From NCBI GenBank assembly GCA_041662245.1, contig JBAZSW010000007.1:163-64162 (forward strand): a stretch of 64,000 bases of DNA. The letters run 5' to 3'. A program made the translations under genes and the position numbers. A model generated the notes under the pieces. That model was not told the origin of the DNA. It ran no database searches and saw only the letters and a list, made by a program, of their open reading frames with translations. Below, piece after piece: positions 59,572 through 64,000 of the stretch; position 1 is the stretch's first letter, and each line of letters begins with the position of its first letter. This stretch comes from Parcubacteria group bacterium. Its GTDB lineage: Bacteria; Patescibacteriota; Minisyncoccia; Moranbacterales; UBA9337.

Positions 59572-61263
59572 TTATTTTTTCCTTATTATCAGCCAAGGTC
59601 TTTTAACTAGCCAATCTCCAACGATAAACTGTAAAATTATCTTTACAATAACAATTGCTGTAAACATTGATAGGATAACTCCGATTACAAGTATTACCGC
59701 AAAACCTTTAATAAATCCTGTCCCCATCCAAATAAGAATCATGGAAGTAAGTATAGTAGAATAATTTCCATCTCGAATACTAGGCCATGCCCTACGAAAG
59801 CCTTCATTGATAGCGCCTTCCAAACCTCTTCCTCCGCGTAATTCTTCTTTTGTTCTTTCAAAAATTAAAACATTAGCGTCCACAGCCATTCCAATGGACA
59901 AAATAAATCCAGCAATTCCCGAGAGAGTTAATGTTATTGGCCAAGCAGAAATTGATCCAGACAGTTTAAAAATAGAAATCATCATAGCGGAATAAATAAA
60001 TAATGCTACAGTCGCAACAAAACCTAAAAATCGATAGTATAGAATCATAAATATTCCCACAATCAAAAGTCCCGCTACCCCCGCCTTTAAACTTTTTTCC
60101 AAAGAAAGTTTTCCTAAAGAAGCACCTACGCTTTGTTGAGAAACTAATTTTATGGGAGCGGGCAAGGCTCCTTCATTAAGCCTTTTTTTCAATTCCTTAG
60201 CTTCATCAGTAGTAAAATTTCCGGTAATTACCGCCTCTCCAGCTGTAATCTCAGCTTGTACTACAGGGGCACTAATTATTTCTTTATCTAAATAAATAGC
60301 TACTTTTTTCCCGATGTTTCTTTTGGTAATTTCTGCAAAAAGTTTTGATCCTTCAGTATCAAATTTTAATTGGACTTGAGGTTCTGATAATCCTTGATCA
60401 GTAAATACCACTGCTGTATCTTTTAAATTTTTTCCAGTTAATCCAGTTTCTTTATATATCCAATAATCCTGATACATTTCCGCAGTCTTTTTAGCAAATA
60501 AAATATGAGCTACATGTATTTCTTTAGCATCTCCCTCACCCCGTTCTTCTATTTTTTTAAGAATGTGCCAACCAAAATCAGTTGCTATTAAGTCAGGATA
60601 AATTTCTCCATCCGACATGCCTTGTTTAAATAATATATCGTTAATTTGAGCGGGCAGTTGATCTTTTTTTACAAAATCCAAATCTCCTTCTCTATCCTTA
60701 GAGCTGGGGTCTTCGCTCAACTCTTTGGCTAAGGCAGTAAAATCCCCACCCTCTTTTATTTTTTGTAATGTTTCCGTGGCAGATTGTTGGGATTTTTCAT
60801 TCATGGGAGCAAGCATCTGGTTATATTGTGCTATATCCGCTTGTTGTTCTTCTTCGGTTTTTTCTTCTTTAAATTCCAAGAAAGGAGTTTCTTTAATTAA
60901 ACTTTTTAAATCCTCAGCGCTTTTTGCTCCAGGGTATTCAATAATAATTCTGGGTGGATCACCAGCTACAGCTTGAATCAATGCTTCGCTAGTTCCGGTT
61001 GCGTTAACTTTTCTTTCTAATATATCCTGAGCTGCTTGCAGGGCGTCTTCTTTTTTATCTTCTTCCAACGTAGATGTGTCCACTTCATATTCCAAACGAT
61101 AGCCTCCTTGTAAATCAAGACCTAAATTTATTTTTGCCTTGCTAATAAAATTAAAAACCGGCGGCATAAATTTGACCGCGTCTGGATAAGCTACTGCTAT
61201 AGATATAATAGATAAAAGGATAACTAAAGCAAATTTAACTCTGATTTTATTTTGAATACTCAT
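59572..61263 (-). CDS. secD: Protein translocase subunit SecD with an inserted parvulin-like PPIase domain
   Basis: LGLDLQGG and GMAVDANVLIFER motifs; insert F..LAKE.SED...GDL...FGWHI. Confidence 0.94.
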   Translation of the reverse strand: MSIQNKIRVKFALVILLSIISIAVAYPDAVKFMPPVFNFISKAKINLGLDLQGGYRLEYEVDTSTLEEDKKEDALQAAQDILERKVNATGTSEALIQAVAGDPPRIIIEYPGAKSAEDLKSLIKETPFLEFKEEKTEEEQQADIAQYNQMLAPMNEKSQQSATETLQKIKEGGDFTALAKELSEDPSSKDREGDLDFVKKDQLPAQINDILFKQGMSDGEIYPDLIATDFGWHILKKIEERGEGDAKEIHVAHILFAKKTAEMYQDYWIYKETGLTGKNLKDTAVVFTDQGLSEPQVQLKFDTEGSKLFAEITKRNIGKKVAIYLDKEIISAPVVQAEITAGEAVITGNFTTDEAKELKKRLNEGALPAPIKLVSQQSVGASLGKLSLEKSLKAGVAGLLIVGIFMILYYRFLGFVATVALFIYSAMMISIFKLSGSISAWPITLTLSGIAGFILSIGMAVDANVLIFERTKEELRGGRGLEGAINEGFRRAWPSIRDGNYSTILTSMILIWMGTGFIKGFAVILVIGVILSMFTAIVIVKIILQFIVGDWLVKRPWLIIRKK

Positions 61264-61389
61264 ATTCCCGATTATAATTTATATTTTAAACCTTGGCAAT
61301 ATATTGCTATTTATTGCTTCTTTAATATTTCTGTCACGTGGACATTCGGGCATGCTTTAACATGATGTTAGCATAGTCAAAATTTCGAC

Positions 61390-61520
61390 TTATTTTCCTG
61401 ACTTAGTCTGATTACATTCTTTGCAAAGCATCTGACAACTTTGGAAATTTTTTTATCTTCAATAATAATTTTCAGTTGTCTGATTTTTTCAGATGTTTTA
61501 CTTATTTCATTTTGCTTCAT
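61390..61520 (-). pseudogene. Deletion remnant ending in an HNH nuclease C-terminus
   Basis: One frame reads ...SCQMLCKECNQTKSGK* (61440-61390); an upstream ATG (MKQNEISK...) is in a different frame. Confidence 0.5.
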
Positions 61521-61539
61521 TCTAAGTGACGAATATAAC

Positions 61540-62550
61540 TTATCGAAGTTTTGACAATTTTTTTAATAATCCAATAGTTAAATCTCCTGCAGGATATATC
61601 CCATCAATTCTTTGCAAATATTCTTTTGAATAATAAATTTCATCAGCAACAAACAAATGCACTTGATGATCTCTAATTGCTCTTGCTTTTTCCTCGGAAA
61701 GATCAAGTCCTAACGTAATTTCTATCATTACATCTAATTTACTCATTTGAGCTGTTTTTATAAATTGTTTATATCTTTCTCGCAATGTTCTTTTTGCCCC
61801 TATTCCATAACTCTTGCCACTTAATTTAAAGAAAAAATCAAATTCTGTGGAACTGTCGTTTTTGTCATGCATTTTTCTTATGCTTTCTGCTCTAATACCC
61901 AAACCTATTAAAATGTTAAAAATTCTATCTTCATAACTTGATCCCGCGTCAGATATAATTGATTGATTTATACTTTCCGAAAACATAAGCATAAACATCT
62001 GATTCGGCTCCAAACCATTCTCCCTCAAATAAGAATATTGTTTGAAAAGAGTGTTTATATATTGTTCAGTTGATTCCGATATAAAGCTGGAGTCTCTTTC
62101 TTCAAGCTTCGAAAAAAACAGCAATGATAGAAGTGCACCATTGACCCTAGTGTAATAAGGTCTGCTCTTCGAAATAGTATCATATTCTATAGAAAGTTGA
62201 TTAATATTTTTTAATTTCGAAAGATTCGAAATTTCAGTAAGCTTGGCTTCAGCAAGAAGCAAGGGCTTTATCTGAATTAGTTTCAGAGCAAAAATAAAAA
62301 CCTCTAATTCAATATTATTCTTTATTTGATACAACAACGCCAGTAAAGGTGCTTTCTTTTTATCTGAGAAACTATCAACCACATTAATTAATATAGACAA
62401 TATCCTCTTATGACTTAATTTTTGATTTGTAAAATAAAACTCCAGAAATAAAATACTATCATTTTCTGAAAGCCTCATCTTTCCAAGCTCTTTAAAAATA
62501 TAGTATGCTCTTGAACTGATATTCTTTTTTGAAAAAATTTTTATTTCCAT
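61540..62550 (-). CDS. Putative type II restriction endonuclease (EcoRII-C-like)
   Basis: AG..YE, D.F and AKRTLRERYKQ motifs; in an RM neighbourhood. Confidence 0.7.
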   Translation of the reverse strand: MEIKIFSKKNISSRAYYIFKELGKMRLSENDSILFLEFYFTNQKLSHKRILSILINVVDSFSDKKKAPLLALLYQIKNNIELEVFIFALKLIQIKPLLLAEAKLTEISNLSKLKNINQLSIEYDTISKSRPYYTRVNGALLSLLFFSKLEERDSSFISESTEQYINTLFKQYSYLRENGLEPNQMFMLMFSESINQSIISDAGSSYEDRIFNILIGLGIRAESIRKMHDKNDSSTEFDFFFKLSGKSYGIGAKRTLRERYKQFIKTAQMSKLDVMIEITLGLDLSEEKARAIRDHQVHLFVADEIYYSKEYLQRIDGIYPAGDLTIGLLKKLSKLR

Positions 62551-62553
62551 TGA

Positions 62554-63321
62554 TCAACCTTTAAATATATGTTGATTATGATATTCAATAAATTCCTCTG
62601 CTGGTAAATATTTTTCTGGTAATATTATGCTTCTATTTTCATAGTCAAGAAAAGTTTTAATTAAAAATGGCGTTTTCTCTTGTCTTTTTATTTCTTCAGA
62701 TATAACTATTTTAAAATCTTTGTTAATTGTTATATATCCCCTATCAAAAGCTTTGTCATGAATTGAATTTAATAAAAATCCATTTTTAGGATTTAATCTA
62801 TTTTCTTCATTTTTTGACCAAGGAATGATATGACTAGCAACCAGCAATGGCATCACAGATAATCCCGTAATACAACATTTATTATCAAAGTTTGACAATA
62901 TTAGCTTTCTAAAAAATGACTGTTTATCTCTTCCCTTTGGAGTTATCCCTTCTTTAATGTCAATATTGCAAGCATCATTCAAAGTGTCCTCATCTATAAA
63001 TATTTTAATTAATTCTGGATTTTTTAAACTTTCGATAATCTCGATACTTTTCTTTTCTAAAACATTCGTGTTGCTATATAAATTCCACACAATTTCATCA
63101 GATTTACTCCCGTTTGATAAGCCTTTAATTTGTCTTTTTTGTAAATTAGTGTCTAATCTAGCAAAATTTGATAATTTCATTGCTACTGACGATGGTGTCC
63201 TTTTTATAACTTTAGATAATTTTATTATATCTTTATTTCCCTTGTGCATTTTACCAAAAGGAAGTTGATAATATAATCTCAGAGCTAAAATCAATTCAAA
63301 TTCTTTCCAATTGTTTTTCAT
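62554..63321 (-). CDS. HNH endonuclease (COG3440-like putative restriction enzyme)
   Basis: RTPSSVAMKLSNF N-domain; FR......CC.TG, ASHIIPW, NG.LL...HD.AFDRG and YH. Confidence 0.85.
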   Translation of the reverse strand: MKNNWKEFELILALRLYYQLPFGKMHKGNKDIIKLSKVIKRTPSSVAMKLSNFARLDTNLQKRQIKGLSNGSKSDEIVWNLYSNTNVLEKKSIEIIESLKNPELIKIFIDEDTLNDACNIDIKEGITPKGRDKQSFFRKLILSNFDNKCCITGLSVMPLLVASHIIPWSKNEENRLNPKNGFLLNSIHDKAFDRGYITINKDFKIVISEEIKRQEKTPFLIKTFLDYENRSIILPEKYLPAEEFIEYHNQHIFKG

Positions 63322-63351
63322 AATTCTTTTAGTATAACCAAATTAATAAGG

Positions 63352-63651
63352 TTAACAAGAAAATCCTGCTAATAAAATATTAAAACGAGGAATTTCTGCT
63401 GGATCAATCTTTGTAATATCGCCATAGGGCAATTCTCCAAAATTTGCTTGGTATGTTTTTTTTGCTGGTTCATCCCATTCTGATGTAAAAACACATTCAC
63501 CACCAATACTCTCAAATCCAGTTCTGATTCCGCCTATACCAGCAAATAAATCTATAAATTTAAAATCAGCCATTTTTTCTTCTTGAGGAACATCAAATAG
63601 TGATTGTATTATAATTTTTTTTCTTACTTTTGTATTTACTTGATCAGGCAT
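63352..63651 (-). pseudogene. Truncated C5-cytosine DNA methyltransferase
   Basis: Motif I DLFAGIGG and GDIT; ends AGFSC* where AGFPCQ is expected. Confidence 0.88.
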
Positions 63652-63712
63652 TATTTTTTGTTTAAGTTATATTTTTTTATTTTTCTTATTTTATCACATA
63701 AAATGGATACTC

Positions 63713-63994
63713 TTATTCTACAACTTCTCTCAGGCTTTTACCAGTTAATCTTGAACTATTTATTAATTTCAGCTTTTGAACCCTTTTTAATTTTTTAATG
63801 CGAGATTCCGCCATTGTTGCTTCGGATCTATTTTTAAATTTTTTAGAAAAAACTACCTTTACGGGTCGGCGCGAGGCGGTATATTTTGCACCCAGCTTGC
63901 TATTGTTGTGTTGGAGAAGTCTTCTCTTTAAATCAGTGGTAATCCCTGTATATAAAGTTTTGTCGGAACATTTAAGAATATATAAATAATACAT
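63713..63994 (-). CDS. GIY-YIG nuclease family protein (UPF0213-like)
   Basis: YLYILKC.D.TLYTGITTDL.RR..QHN...GAKYT..RRP...E..IK. Confidence 0.92.
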   Translation of the reverse strand: MYYLYILKCSDKTLYTGITTDLKRRLLQHNNSKLGAKYTASRRPVKVVFSKKFKNRSEATMAESRIKKLKRVQKLKLINSSRLTGKSLREVVE

Positions 63995-64000
63995 TATTCA

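Noticed and set aside
2950-63989. Numerous 60-140-aa ORFs antisense to long genes (e.g. 7357-7641, 12630-13052, 25977-26366, 37564-37962, 57243-57647)
   Set aside because: Shadow frames of well-supported genes, with Ser/Phe/Ile-rich composition and no motifs.
1-64000. CRISPR-Cas system suggested by Cas2-like (22491) and Cas4-like (56646) proteins
   Set aside because: No repeat-spacer array and no cas1 or effector genes; the two genes are 33 kb apart and fit stand-alone families.

Overview
AT-rich bacterial chromosome segment that looks like Patescibacteria/CPR (Parcubacteria-like). This taxon call is inferred from gene content and style, not verified. It uses the standard genetic code. Housekeeping genes include rfbABD, galU, glycosyltransferases, infC-rpmI-rplT, smpB-ssrA, clpB, pheST, glyA, gltX, iscRSU, rlmN, pyrH and secDF, plus five tRNAs and tmRNA. 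There is no CRISPR array, integrase or transposase. The most notable observations are: (1) a PaaX/Cas2-like gene enclosed by two identical perfect 32-bp palindromes; (2) a heptamer-repeat hairpin element present once around a four-helix-bundle gene inside pheST and twice empty in the ssrA-infC-rpmI-rplT region; (3) three candidate structured RNAs, namely a pseudoknotted leader of a 3D-domain gene and two promoter-led rod-like RNAs; (4) a class of small orphan genes with strong Shine-Dalgarno sites, which core genes lack; (5) a possible replication terminus near 48.1-48.9 kb; (6) a decayed restriction-modification locus whose methyltransferase stops at the catalytic motif. All calls are by eye, with no database searches.
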